DNA of 64,000 nt. Source: Octopus vulgaris (Eukaryota). The position numbers and the translations under genes were made by a program. This document shows positions 1-13,464 of the stretch, piece after piece; within the stretch, counting starts at the first letter, position 1, and each line of letters opens with the position of its first letter. The stretch spans positions 18,848,001 through 18,912,000 of the forward strand of contig OX597815.1 of the NCBI GenBank assembly GCA_951406725.2. The letters run 5' to 3'. Under the pieces are notes generated by a model. The model worked only from the letters and a program-made list of their open reading frames with translations. It ran no database searches and was not told where the DNA came from.

Positions 1-174
1 AGGAACAAGAAGATGATGATGAGGAGGAAGTGGGAGGAAGGAAAAGGGATTTTGCATATTGACACAAGTCAAGAAATGTTGTGGAAACATGGTGGTTGTT
101 TTAATCCATCTCTAGTTATTCGCCTCATAAATTATAACATAAAAAGGACAAACTAAATTTGATTAGGGAGGGAT

Positions 175-255
<81 letters not shown>

Positions 256-272
256 ACAACAACAACAACAAC

Positions 273-312
<40 letters not shown>

Positions 313-322
313 TGAAGAAGAA

Positions 323-357
<35 letters not shown>

Positions 358-390
358 AAAACAAGAAGAAGAAGAAAAACAAGAAGAATT
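175..390. repeat. Compound microsatellite (TAG)n-(CAA)n-(TAA)n-(GAA)n
   Basis: Directly visible; accounts for the homopolymeric ORFs at 125-513. Confidence 0.97.
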
Positions 391-399
391 TTGACCACA

Positions 400-3280
400 A
401 GGGCTAATATAAATATACATAAAATTACACGTAACATCACAAAGGACAAACACAAGACGATAGAAAGGGTTTTCGAATCGAGTAAACATAATAAATAATG
501 AAAAATTAAACAAGTAGAACTCCCATTAAGGGAGGGGGCGCTTTAAAGGTCCTCGTGGAAAAACCCACAAAAGCCACGGGTGCCTGATCAAGAGAGCAAG
601 AGCCCTTCTTTTATGTTCTCACAAGTGCATGTTCAGAATTGGTCCTTTCACACTGGTCATTCTTCCAAGATTCACCCACCTTTCAACAAACTTGCTAGAA
701 GGCAACACTTCCCTCTCCACTATCACTTTCCTCTTCAACTGAAAATTGAAGAAGTTGATGAGGGCTTGGCCGAAGAGGAAAGTGTCTGACTTTAGCCCTT
801 TCAAACGAGTCCACAATACTACCTCTTTTGCTACAACCATTAGAAATAAAAATTGATTGACTCTCTCGGCCAAATGAGGGCGGCGGGGTAACCTTCACTA
901 TGGATTTAGCTGATAGTCGGATCCGTCCTACAGGTGACAACAGGTGTTCGACATAAACCTACAAGTCAGCAATGCTCGGGCCCTAGACGAGGTCGTGCAG
1001 AACGGTTTCGTCGCTCTGTGCGCACCATGGGCAGGCCCGACTGACGGCACTTCTGTAATTGTAAAGTTTATCCCGAACGAGTAGCGCCCCTCAGTAGCAC
1101 TGCCAGGCAAGGGTTTTCTGGAAGTTGTCTATAGGCCCAGGCCCGAAAGTTCTCCGAAACACACCGCTGAGTTGATCTTCGCCGATGTTCACAGTTTCCA
1201 CGAGAGCATCGTCGCACTTTCCCTCCACTAACCCTCTATAGAATGCTAGAGTGGAACTACCACCGACCGCATTGCCCACCTGGCGGAGGGCTGTGGGGTA
1301 CCTAGCGCCCCTCCTCGGTCTACGCCTAATCCAGGTTTGCAGCTCAGTCAGAGAGACGAGCGGTGGAAAACTGAGTCTGAGAAACGGCGTCCATTCCTGC
1401 TCACCGTCAAGGTAACGCTGGAAAAGCTGTAGCCTGAGCGCGTATCTGCGCGTCAGCAACCACGGCACTCCCAGGCCAACATTCAGCGGCTGTTGACAGC
1501 AGATGGAGCGCCTGACCAGTCGAACGCGTCCCTTCCACAGAAAGCGGAAGTGTAAACGTACCGACTTGGTCAACCGGCAAACAGAGCAAGGGGCAACGAT
1601 CAAGCGGTAACAGATGACGGATGCGGTGTACGCATTCGCCACCTCCGCTCGACCTCGCAGGAACAGCTTCCTCTCGGCCCATTTTGGGTGAGATTAGATA
1701 CCCTGCTCGTCACCTCATCCCGGATTTTCTCCACCTGGAGGTCTGAACCAAACCAGACCCCGATCGATTTACCCGGACCGTCTGTCCAGCGCTCCACGAC
1801 GCTGTTGGACGGCATGGACTTGTCTCTGCAGGTGCCGAGTTGCAAGCCTACTGGCTTTACCGCGTTAATTTTTTTCTCCTCTCACTGCTTCATATTCTTG
1901 GAGAGTGTCGCCAATCAGGTCTATATTCCTATGGCTCGACACTATGACGGTGACATCGCCAGCGTAAGCAGACACACGTCAACATCCTCGATCACGAGGA
2001 ACACCCCTCAAAACCTCTAACTTCCTCAGTAACGGCTCAAGAGTCAGTACATACAGAAGGGAGGAAAGAGGGCGCCCTTGCCGGACCGAGCGCTAGATGC
2101 TGAATGTTTCCGACAGGTGGCCATTCACCTGAACAACCGAGCAGATGCCACTGTAAAAAGCAACTATCCAACCGCAGAAAACTGACCAAACCTGGCTGCC
2201 TTCAGGACAGCTGCCAAGTATAGATGGTCGAATGTATCAAAGGCTTTACATTGACCGAAATTGATCAGAGTCCCATCCATGCCAGCTTCGTTTCCCACCT
2301 TCTCTATGAAGTGGAGGTTGTCTTGAATAGTCCTGGTTGGTATGGCGTATGTTTGCGAATCGCCAACCAGCTTGTCCAAGACACGTGCCTATTTCTTGGC
2401 TAACACCTTGGCCAAAATCTTCAATTCCGCATGGAGCAGAGATACGGGCCTGAAATTTTCTATAATGTCCCCCTTGTTTGGATCCTTTCTCAGCAGTGAC
2501 ACCGTCCCTTGACAACGTGGGAATTCCCCCACCTTGTTGCCAGTCTGCTAAGAGGCCCGCAAACAAACTGGTATTGAAATATAAAACTCGTAGATCAGAC
2601 CATCCAAACCCGATGATCTGCCTTTCGCGCAGCTCTTCGTCGTTTTCTATATATCGTATCACTCCACCTCGCTCGCCGCGAGCCGCGGCAGGCCGTCCAG
2701 GTAGACTCCGAAGTGTGCCCCATTATCCATCCTACCACTCGTCCCAACCAGGCCGCACGCATCTGCTTTGATTCGAACACCTCACAACTGTTCTGGTCCA
2801 CCAAAGACCGAATGGTGACTTTGTTGCCACGTTTAGCCTCCGCTACTCGGGGCCCATCGAGCGTCTTTCTTTCCCTTGGTTCGTTGTTGTTGCTATTTGT
2901 GTTTGTTGTGGTGGTGGTCATTATTTTCTTGCCTTTTTCTTCTTTCCTCTCTTTCTCCTTCTCCTTTTCAGGAAAAATAGGGCGGGGAAGAGTGAGGGCG
3001 GTGAAGTCTTCTCTGAACTGGCTGTTCAACCTTCTGCTCTCACTCCCTCGTTCAGTCGCCATTGTTGTTTTTTTTTTATTTTTCGCAAACTAACTCCCAA
3101 GAGGGCAGCTACCTTGCGACAACAGTTAGAGTAACAAAAACAAGAGTTCAACAAATTTTCAACAAAACTAGATATCTATTAACGGAGCACAAAAAACCCC
3201 CGAAAAAACACTTCCTATCTCCTTCGTAACAACAGCAACAACAATAGTGGGAGGATTAAAAATGTAGTAAAAATAATAAG
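400..3280 (-). mobile_element. Degenerate Tx1/L1-clade non-LTR retrotransposon (RT and C-terminal region, frameshifted)
   Basis: Minus-strand RT motifs: AIPTRTIQDNLH, FGQCKAFDTFDHLYL (2164-2379), SVRQGRPLSSLLYVLTLEPLLRKL (~2020-2090), VSAYAGDVTVIV (~1940-1975, decayed YADD), IGVWFGSDLQVEK. C-terminal ORF at 619-873. The 3' end abuts the microsatellite; the 5' boundary is approximate. Confidence 0.85.
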
Positions 3281-4059
3281 CCAAGAAATGCTAAAAAAAA
3301 GATGCAGAAGGATTGATCATGCCAGTTCGGGATCAAATTGTGAAAATTCTCGTTCAGGGGTCGGTAGTACAGCTAAATACTGTGTGAAGCATAATGATGA
3401 TGAATATTTTAACTACTGTAATTGGCCAAATGTGATGAAGGCGTTTAGAACAGTGCTAGGGGGACATAGCAACACACAAAGTAGGATTTATTCAGAGGGA
3501 ACAGAAGTCAATAATAATACCAGTCATAATTATCCAAGTACCTCGAATTTTTTAAGCAATTTTGTGTGAGCCATAAATCAACATACGAATGAAATTGCAA
3601 AGCTTTTAATATTATATTCCTAACATCCGCAACACCTGAGTGTCAGCACGTGCACACGCACACTAACTGAACATTTATCAAAGCAGCAACTGAAAAATTC
3701 AGCGTAAAATGTTAAGTGCTATACACTACAAATAAAACCATATCATTTCACCGAACGTTAAAACACTGTGCAGTCTGAGCTTGAGGCATAATATTTACGA
3801 GATATAGAGCGTGAAAAATACCCCACACCAAAAATATGCAAATATACACCAATGAATTTGAGAGCAGCCTAAGAAATTGTTATACCTGATTTCTCAAGTA
3901 ACACAAATATAAATAAAAAACGAATGTGTGTATTATACGATTCCATAATTAACGCATATTTAATAATTATTTTCTGCCTCTAAACGAAAAGTGCAATACA
4001 TATATATAATATACGGATAGACGATAACTCTTATCTAAAATAGTTATTGGATCCTATCA

Positions 4060-5050
4060 GACTATGCAATTTGTGAAGGTACACACTCAAATCCAACATA
4101 ATGTGGGGGCATTAATATAGAATATTTAAACAAGACCTAAAAAAATATAGACCTGAAAAATCAAACAACATAAATGTGAACAAACGAGAAAACATTAAGC
4201 CTATGAACTCTAAGGACATACAGCGCACATTCAAAATTAACGAAATAAGAGACAAAACATTAGTATCAAACCTTAACACACAACATGATAATAAAAAGAA
4301 AAACCGAAGCAGAAAAATGCAAATAAATTATAAATGAAAGCGAAAGTAGAAAAAGAAAAAAGATTTATGGAAACAAATGTTCTAAAGAATTAAAATAGAA
4401 TATATTTCTGTGCGGTAAAATAGGAGACTCCCATAAATAAAACATAACGATAAATCGTAATAACAAGGAGAAAAGAAAACATTATATAACCATTGTAGAC
4501 ATTCTGAAAACAAATGCAAACATCAATATCACTGAAATAAGCGAAATAATCTATGCAGCAGTTCCAATAATCACAAAGGAAAGTAGGTACTGCCACAGTA
4601 TTACTTATATAGGATTATGTAAACCGAAGCAAACAGCGTGATAAACATAGATAAGAACATAGAAAATAAAAGAAACGATTTCTCAATTCTTAATAAAAAT
4701 TAACAACAACGAATAGACAGAAATGGAAAATAGTAAAAATTACAGTAATGCCACATGCAAAAAATAAAAGGACGAAGTACTTGAAAACAATGAACGCATA
4801 AATGAAGATATCTTTGCTAAATCATTAATAATCCGTCGTTACTAAAAATCGACGGCGCTTCCTTGAATAAAACAAACCGTTCTACTGCAATTGAAAATGA
4901 TTTCATAAAGAACTAGGTACAAATAAAAGTGAAATCAATGCAGCGCCAATGTGAAGAGACAGAAACATTTGGAACGATTATTAGAAACGACAATGTTCAA
5001 AGCAACTACAGTTGGTTTGGGATATTTTGTGCGGCGTAATAAACAGAAAT
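4060..5050 (+). mobile_element. Highly decayed R4/Dong-like LINE fragment (pre-RT region)
   Basis: Translated pieces NITEISEIIYAAVPIIT (~4520-4575) and NKPFYCN*K*FHKELG (~4870-4918) match the R4/Dong patterns N.LIYAAA.VVT and QN.LF..N.K.FY.EL. Boundaries approximate. Confidence 0.5.
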
Positions 5051-5428
5051 AATCCCAGACACTCCCAAAGGTGAACAGCTGTTATAACTCAAAAAGGATT
5101 TTAAAAATCTCAAAGAACACACTGTTTCTTAAAAGCATATCCATGGTGTAATAAAATAGTGAAAAAGAACCGATAAAATACGAACTAGGGTTAAAAATGG
5201 AAAGACCTGAGTTCCATTTTTCGACTAAAAATCCCTTCAAGTTTGTGCTCCAGTATGGTTGCAGCAAAATGACTTGACTGAAATAAGTGAAAGATAAAAG
5301 ATAAAAGAAATATATATACGACATATTCAAATCTTTCTTTTTCAACAACACAAGTCATCACCGTTACTTGCGTTCTATGCGCCCTCTCAACCACCACTCC
5401 TCCGTACTTCAAGGTATACTCTCCCGCA

Positions 5429-5655
5429 GCGAGCTGGCAGAAACGTTAAGCGCGCCGGGCGAAATGCTTAGCGGTATTTCGTCTGCAACTACGTTCTGAG
5501 TTCAAATTCCGCCAAGGTCGACTTTGCCTTTCATCCTTTCGGGTTCGATTAAATAAGTACTAGTTACGCACTGGGGTCGATATAATCGGCTTAATCCGTT
5601 TGTCTGTCCTTGTTTGACCTCTCTGTGTTTAGCCCTTTGTGGGTAGTAAAGAATT
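5429..5655 (+). mobile_element. tRNA-derived SINE, family B (MetaSINE-like core), monomer
   Basis: Box B GAGTTCAAATTCC; core GCCTTTCATCCTTTCGGG..GAT.AAATAAGTAC; 17-bp TSD AGGTATACTCTCCCGCA at 5412-5428 and 5656-5672. Confidence 0.92.
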
Positions 5656-6579
5656 AGGTATACTCTCCCGCAACGAAGCACACATGCATTAATAAAGTCT
5701 TTCTCTGTTTCATTACCTTTTTTATCTTTCCTTTTCATTTTATGTCTCCGCGTATCTTATTTTCTCGGGTACGTGACACTCATCCTTTCGCTATCACCTT
5801 AATTGATATGGTAAATTTGAATCACAAGACAGCAATAATAATAATAATTAGGAATATCTCAAGAACAAAAAGCAGATCAGGTCTCTATAGAGATAAATCT
5901 ACATGAAGGTTTATTTAGCCTTGGTTGGCAACCCCTTAGAGAATGTATCTCGATAAAATCACTGGATGTATCACCTCGCAAATAGAACCCTCTTTTTGAT
6001 TCTAATACCAAAGGTCATCGCAACTGCGTTCATGAGACCCGAACACCTAATGACAACCTTTCGCACGGCAAGTGTCGACTGTGCAGTTGGGTGGACCAGA
6101 TCGTTATCCAAGTACTGTTGGAAGAATTAAGAGAAAAACCGACTCAAAACGACAAAAGAACTGTAATGGAATGCTATTACACAGGCGACCCTATCAAAAT
6201 AAGATTCTGGAAAAATGCATAAAATCTCAAGAGAAAAAGACATGTCCCTATCACGGAGCAAAGGCCTCCTGATCAGGAAAACCTTATCATGTATGTAAAG
6301 GCAGAGGCTATTCCATTTGGAAATGTAGGAGATCACAGTAGAGAAACAATTGTGTACGTGACTACAATGAATACGAACAAAAAGTAAAACAAGAACAAGG
6401 ATTGGCAGAGGGATCAATAAAGCAACACAAAAGAAACAGTTGATCGGATGATGGTAAATTTTACTCTGTGAAAGGATAGTGATACAAAGGAAGGAAAAAG
6501 CTTACTATTACATTGGAATAAAGTTAAATAGTGTAAGAAAGAGAATACTAACTCTGAGAGGAAACGAAAGATAAAAACA

Positions 6580-6972
6580 ATGTGGTAAGTAGCTTGCTAA
6601 CCAACCACATGGTTCCGAGTTCAGTCCTACTGCGTGGCATCTTGGGCAACTGTCTTCTGCTATAGCCCCGGGCCGACCAATGCCTTGTGAGTGGATTTGG
6701 TAGACGGAAACTGAAAGAAGCCTGTCGTATATATGTATATATATATATATAAGTGTGTGTGTATATGTTTGTGTGTCTGTGTTTGTCCCCCTAGCATTGC
6801 TTGACAACCGATGCTGGTGTGTTTACGTCCCCGTCACTTAGCGGTTCGCCAAAAGAGACCGATAGAACAAGTACTGGGCTTGCAAAGAATAAGTCCCGGG
6901 GTCGATTTGCTCGACTAAAGGCGGTGCTCCAGCATGGCCGCAGTCAAATGACTGAAACAAGTAAAAGAGTAA
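6580..6972 (+). mobile_element. tRNA-derived SINE, family A (CORE-like), slightly 5'-truncated
   Basis: TGTGGTAAGTAGCTTG..GAGTTCAGTCC head, CORE-like GTGGCATCTTGGGCAA, internal (TA)/(TG) tract, 3' end CAGTCAAATGACTGAAACAAGTAAAAGAG; matches the copies at 8790 and 53665. Confidence 0.9.
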
Positions 6973-7373
6973 AGTTGTGAAAAAGATGGACGAGCTGTTA
7001 ATGAAAATCTACATCGAAAGCGTAAGAGATCTAAATGACCTTACCATTCTGCGCTGCCTCTGTCGCTGTGCAAACCCTTGAGATTAAAAGTGGAAGAAAA
7101 ACAAAAGACAAAGCCTCATGGTGAAAGATGGTTTTGAGAATAAAATAGGACGGCTTAGGGGAAGACATGGAACGGTTAAATGCAATTATAGGAAAGACGA
7201 GGTTGAGAGAATGTCACTGAAACGGGCCGCAAAGGAAGTACAATGGAAGGCAAAAAGGATTGCAATTAGTTAAATAGGAACTCTGATAAAGAATCGAAGC
7301 AGTATCAGGTAAGAATAAGCAAATAACAATAGAGAACAGAATAGACTCTTTGAGAACAACGAAAGGAAATTCT

Positions 7374-7768
7374 TATTTCTTTATTGCCTAGAAGGGGCTA
7401 AACATAGATGAGACAAATAAGGACAGACAATAGGATTAAGTTGGTTACATTGACCCCAGTGCGTAACTGGTACTTAATTTATCGACCCCGAAAGGATGAG
7501 AGGCCAAGTTGACCTCGGAGGAATTTGAACTCAGAACGTAACGGCAGACGAAATACCTATTTCTTTACTACGCTAAACACAGAGGGGACAAACAAGGACA
7601 GACAAACGGATTAAGTCGATTATATCGACCCCAGTGCGTAACAAGTACTGATTTAATCGACCCAGAAAGGAAGAAAGGCAAAGTCAACCTCGGGGGAATT
7701 TGAACTCAGAACGTAGCGGCAGACGAAATACCGCAAAACATTTCGCCGGGCGTGTTAACGGTTCTCCC
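7374..7768 (-). mobile_element. SINE family B head-to-tail dimer
   Basis: Two ~180-bp units; 10-bp TSD AGGAAATTCT at 7364-7373 and 7769-7778. Confidence 0.92.
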
Positions 7769-7849
7769 AGGAAATTCTATAACCAACTGAATATGGTTTG
7801 CACTTAAGCATTCATTGTAGTTTGGTTCCGCACAAACATCATTCACATG

Positions 7850-8052
7850 ACAGAATTGTTAGCACTCCGGGCAAAATGCCTGCCGGCATTTTGTCTGTCC
7901 TTACGTTCTGAGTTTCAATTCTGCCGAGGTAGACTTTGCCCTTCATCTTTTTAGAGTCGATAAAATAAGTACCAGTTGATCCCTGAGGTCGATGTTATTG
8001 ACTTACCCCCTGCCCCAACTTGCTAGCCTTGTGCCAAAATTTGAATCCAATA
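7850..8052 (+). mobile_element. Older family-B-related SINE with an alternative 3' tail
   Basis: Same head and core (GACTTTGCCCTTCATC..GTCGATAAAATAAGTACCAG) followed by a CCTTGTGCCAAAATTTGAA tail. Confidence 0.75.
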
Positions 8053-8789
8053 ATAGTAATGAAAAATGTTTCTAATTAAATTCTATGATTTAAACTAAGA
8101 TGGTAAAATAGAAAGATCATTCTCACAATTAGAACAGACACATTTGTGAATGACAAATGCTCAATAAATATTTTTTTCAATGATATTGGACATTTTTGTT
8201 TACATTACTTTTGGAGTTAGTTATAAGTGTTACTTACTCCACTTCTTTTCTTGCAGTAGCCAGTCGTACTTGTCAGTTACTCAGAGCCAAAACATTTTAC
8301 CAGTAATTTCTACATTATAGATATTTATTACAGTAAAGTTTCGAGACAGTTTTGAGACATAAGACATATTTATGTAATAATTTGATAGTTGCCTCTGTCC
8401 TTAGCTCTTTCTGTGACTTGGTAATTTGTGAGTTATTTTAACGTAATATCTATTTATGAAATTTTTTCCTATGAAAATATTTCTGCTTTCGGAAAAGAAC
8501 ATTTCTGTTGCTTTGTTTCAGCCACCAATGTACTCTCAATATCAGAAAAATGGCATCTATAATTAGAGACCTAATTAAATATTTTATTTACAATTTTCCT
8601 AATACATAGTTTCGTGCAAATAAAAAGAGTTGGTATTTATAATATATAGTTGTAGGAACTGCTATATCTGAGAATATCTTATATATTTATTGTTTTAGAC
8701 CGATATTTTATTACACATACGAATTAGATATTTTGGATATTGCCATAGAAGGTAATAGTGAAGGCTTCTCCTTTATTATTATATGTATA

Positions 8790-8960
8790 GGCGTAGGAGT
8801 GGCTGTGTGGTAAGTAGCTTGTTTACCAACCACATGGTTCCGGGTTCAGTCCCACTGCGTGGCACTTTGGGCAAGTGTCTTCTGCTATAGCCTCGGGTCG
8901 ACCAAAACCTTGTGAGTGGAGTTGGTTGCCGGAAATTGAAAGAAGCCCGTCGTATATATG

Positions 8961-8995
<35 letters not shown>

Positions 8996-9288
8996 ATATG
9001 TTTTTGTGTTTGTTGGTGGACGGAAACTGAAAGAAGCCCGTCGTATATATGTATATATATATGTGAGTGTGTGTGTGTGTGTATATGTTTTTGTGTTTGT
9101 CTTTGTCTTTCCAACATCGCTTGACAACCGATGCTGGTGTGTTTACGTCACTGTAACTTAGCGGTTCGGCAAAAGAGACCGATAAAATAAGTAGTAGGCT
9201 TACAAAGAATAATTCCTGGGGTCGATTTGCTCGACTAAAGATGGTGCTCCAGCATTGCCACAGTCAAATGACTGAAACAAGTAAAGAG
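8790..9288 (+). mobile_element. SINE family A, full length, with an internal tandem duplication of about 90 bp
   Basis: Starts GGCGTAGGAGTGGCTGTGTGG. The segment CGGAAA.TGAAAGAAGCCCGTCGTATATATG+(TG)n occurs twice (~8930 and ~9021). Confidence 0.92.
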
Positions 9289-10435
9289 AATATTTCCAAA
9301 AGAGAGAAAGGTTAAACTATCGTAAACAAGAAGAATAATTGTTTTTACTCTCTTTGCCAAAAGTAATCATAATTCCTTAACACAATAAAATTCTAGAATT
9401 CATTTTCTATATTTTTAGAAGTAATTGATGATGAACTATTTGTAAAATTGATACCCAAACGAGACCTAAAGTCAAACAATATTCCGGCGTGAAGATTTCG
9501 TGCCAAATGTTAAAGATTTTACTGAATATACTTTACTATGTATTTGTGAGTTTTATCTTTCAACTGCTGATGATTTAATTTCCGGCGGGGTCTCCATAAA
9601 AATTAGAAATGAATCCTAAAAGTATGTTCTAAACGTAATCCGTAACTACATCGCAACGATTGCCAAAATATAAATTACAAAATAAAACAAAAAAAAAACA
9701 TGGTAACTGTTTCTTATTTTAAGAATATTTGACACAAACACACACAAGAGCAAGCAGATATATGCATAATTTAGCGCGTGGGAGGGTTTTCCGTCGGGAG
9801 AGTGAGCATCGATGGTGAAGTGACTGTATGCATGTGAACAGTGCTAAAGAAGGATAGAGATAAAGACGTTTTACTTTTTTCACACAAAAGAAATATTTTA
9901 ACCATTTTAATTCCTAAATGCTTGTTTTCCGAAATATAGGATTCAAATACAAGTTAAGGGAACAAAATGGGAAGATGAGACACTGTTAGGTCCAGCGTAA
10001 TCAAGTGTTAGCACAACTCTATTTATGAATTCCCTCAATACCCTTCTTTTACTATCTAATAAAAATGAGAAATTAAAGGAAGATATTTACCCAGAATTTT
10101 CTTTCCTGCAGTATACAATGTGCCCACTAAATGACCATTCGATTAGCTAGAATTTGAAGCTCAATATTCACAGAACAACACAAATCTATTTCATAATATG
10201 GAAGGACTCAGTTTTCAAGCATGACATATCTAATTTTATCACTGTACAGTCTTAGATATGTAATGCTTAAAAAAATAAGCAGGGTACTTATGGCTAGAAT
10301 ATTCTAACCTATGTCGCTTCAGTCAGTTTTATTCAAATTTACAGTTGTATATACGCCAGAGGATGGTGCTAATACCGTATTTCCAGTTCTGCATTTAATA
10401 TCTGTTTCTCCCGTTTCAATATCTTGATTACCTCC

Positions 10436-10437
<2 letters not shown>

Positions 10438-10510
<73 letters not shown>
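10438..10510. repeat. (TC)n microsatellite
   Basis: Directly visible. Confidence 0.95.
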
Positions 10511-10513
<3 letters not shown>

Positions 10514-11009
10514 ACTGTTGTGTGTGTGTGCGTGTGTATTTAAAGACAGACAGAGGCATGAGTTTGCCTGTGTATACTTATGTGTGCATGCGAATTGCTA
10601 TATATATTTACTACGTGCGTTTTACCAAAGGCGACCGACTTATTTCAAGGTTTTTCCATTGATAATCGTTGCAAATTGAACTTGTCATTATCACTTCTTT
10701 TGTTTTCTTTGCCGTTTCCTTATTAATGCTTCTGACTAGAGTTTGTTTGATTTTCTCTGATGTTGCTAGGAAGACTGTTTCGATATTATTATCCCATTCG
10801 AGTACCTCGTATATTTTCAATACATCTTACAAAGCACGTTTGCCGATAAAACACATCAATCTTGTAGTCTTTTCTTGGTCACCTCATATTTTCCTATTTC
10901 ATACTCAATTCTGATTGCCGTGGCTTGCTGCCAACATATGTTCCTGATTATTCAGTCCTTTTCTTTATTACATCAAATAGAAAAAATAAACACAAAGGAT
11001 ATTTTAAGT

Positions 11010-11345
11010 CAAGACTGCTTTCTTTGAGTTCAAACATATATTGTCATATAAATTGCTACCAATGAGAGAACCCATTCTTACACACGGTTGTGTGATATGG
11101 AACATCAACAAAGAAGTGTAAACGTATTTGAAAGCTGCAGTTATATTATCCCTTAGGCGAATGCAGAAGGTAGCCTATGCGGATAAAGTAACACCGTTTG
11201 AAGTTTTTAAACAAGCAGAAGCTAGAGAAGATATGCATATTGTATATAATATGAACGGACAAAACTACGAGCTGTTAGTAACGACTTGAAAGCTGCAATG
11301 CAGAGGGGAAAAATTATTCCGTGGCCTCACCAGCTGACTGCAGAA
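11010..11345 (+). mobile_element. Decayed RTE-clade LINE, C-terminal fragment
   Basis: EPILTHGCVIWNINKEV*TYLKAAVILSLRRMQKVAYADKVT matches the RTE pattern ILLYGCETW..LEA.EM..LRRM..I.W.DKVTN. Confidence 0.55.
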
Positions 11346-11371
11346 CTGCAAGGAGGCAAGCCAATAAATTT

Positions 11372-11700
<329 letters not shown>

Positions 11701-11744
11701 AATAAATACACAAATTTACAGCTGATAACGCATTCAACCTATTT

Positions 11745-13464
11745 AACTTAGATTTCGTTTTATTTAATCCATTAGAAATTGTGAAAGTAGACCAGATTAA
11801 GAATGGAACAAAAGAAATTTATTTTAAAGTATTACAGTAAATTTGTAGAAGCAATCGATGTGCAAAGACAGTTCTGTTTAGGAGGGTGTTCCATGCAGAT
11901 CTACCAACATGAGTTTCGACCATTCGTTCTAGAGATAAGTTTGAAGCAGATGGAATTTTTCAGAATGTCCACAGAATACGTTTCAGACGACTGCGGACAT
12001 TTACGAGCCCGACAAAGCAAGAAGTACGAGAAACGGCTTGCAAGAGTCCAGGAAAATTGGATAAACCAGTAAGCTATAAGATAGGAATTTTCAAAATCAA
12101 GCGTACATACATTTTTATGTGCTGTCATTGGAAAGCTTACATTCTAAGAATGGTCTATGTTCTCAATGAGTTGATCCGGATCGAGTAGTGGAGTTTTGCG
12201 AGTACTACATGATAAAATATGTGGAGGCGCAATGGCCCAGTGGTTAGGGCAGCGGACTCGCGGTAGTAGGATCGCGGTTTCGTTCCCAGACAGGGCATTG
12301 CGAGTGTTTATTGAGCGAAAACACCTAAAGGCTCCACGAGGCTCCGGCAGGGGGTGGTGGTGAACCCTGCTGCACTCTTTCACCACGGCTTTCTCTCACT
12401 CTTTCTTCCTGTTTCTCTTGTACCTGTATTTCAAAGGGCCAGCCTTGTCACACTCTGCGTCACGCTGAATATCCTCGAGAACTACGTTAAGAGTACACGT
12501 GTCTGTGGAGCGCTCAGCCACTTGCACGTTAATAAATGAGCTGCGACGTCATTGGTGCCAAGTTGTATCGGCCTTTGCCTTTCCTTTGGATAACATCGGT
12601 GGCGTGGAGAGGGGAGGCTGGTATGCGTCTGCAACTGCTGGTCTTCCATAAACAACCTTGCCCAGACTTGTACCTCGGAGGGTGACTTTCTAGGTGCAAT
12701 TCCATGGTCATTCATGACCGAAGGAGGTCACACACACATGATAAAATGTGTAAAAGAATGCACACTGTCCAGCAAAATTGTTTGGAGTCACGAGGTGACA
12801 TTTAAATTAAAGGCTCGATAACCATCACACTTCAACCTGAAAACAATACAAGAAGTTAACTTGCCAGAAATTACAGTGTAGTGTGGCTTGTCATGAGAAA
12901 GGTTAACCTAACTATTCTTTTTTGACAGTACTGTGACTCATCTCATTTACTAGAAATTACTTGGCCAATCTGTCTTACAAATCACTCAAGAGGACTTTGA
13001 AGATGTGAAACTTAATTTTCAGGAAATGGCCACAACATGGCCATAGTAATATAACAGCCTGCTTTGATGAGATTTTGCCAAGCAAATGGAATGATCGAAG
13101 AGGTGAAGTAGACTATATACAGAGTTCAGTAGACCTCACTCCACAACACATTTTTATGAGGACATTTAAAGTATGAAGTTTACAGTACAAAAACTGACAA
13201 CAGTCGACCAATTGAACATAGTCATGGAAATAGATTGCACACAAATACTGAAGAGAATTATTTTGATATTTGCAATTTCATTGTTCAGTGTTATCGGGAG
13301 TGCCTGCATCTGAGCGGTTTATCAGAATGAAAATACGTGTTCGTGAAAAAATTTAATTTTGTTTGTAGATTCTATTATATTTTTGAGAAAAGAAATGTAT
13401 TTTAATAAATCCTGACTTTTATATCCTTTTACTGGGTGCATAAATATTTTTGGGACACGGTGTA
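11745..13464 (+). mobile_element. Decayed Tc1/mariner-superfamily transposon, interrupted by a SINE
   Basis: N-terminus MEQKKFILKYYSKFVEAIDVQRQF; V*CGLS, FFFDSTVT and W..RRG.V...SVDLTP remnants at 12870-13150; right terminus ...TTTTTGGGACACGGTG|TA. Confidence 0.75.
12223..12735 (+). mobile_element. tRNA-derived SINE, family C, tail type 1
   Basis: Box A TGGCCCAGTGG, box-B-like GGTTTCGTTCCC; 16-bp TSD ACATGATAAAAT(A/G)TGT at 12207-12222 and 12736-12751. Confidence 0.92.

Larger units (their letters stand above)
5860..7795 (+). mobile_element. Decayed R4/Dong-like LINE 5' region, interrupted by two SINE insertions
   Basis: GGPDRYPS..GRIK and DKRTVMECYY (~6090-6185), SVRDLNDL (~7020), and QNRLFENNERK|FYNQLN rejoined across the SINE at 7374-7768. 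Confidence 0.65.

Noticed and set aside
125-513. Poly-L/S/N/K/Y ORFs, and similar YI/CV/HT-repeat ORFs throughout the window
   Set aside because: They are translations of microsatellites, not genes.
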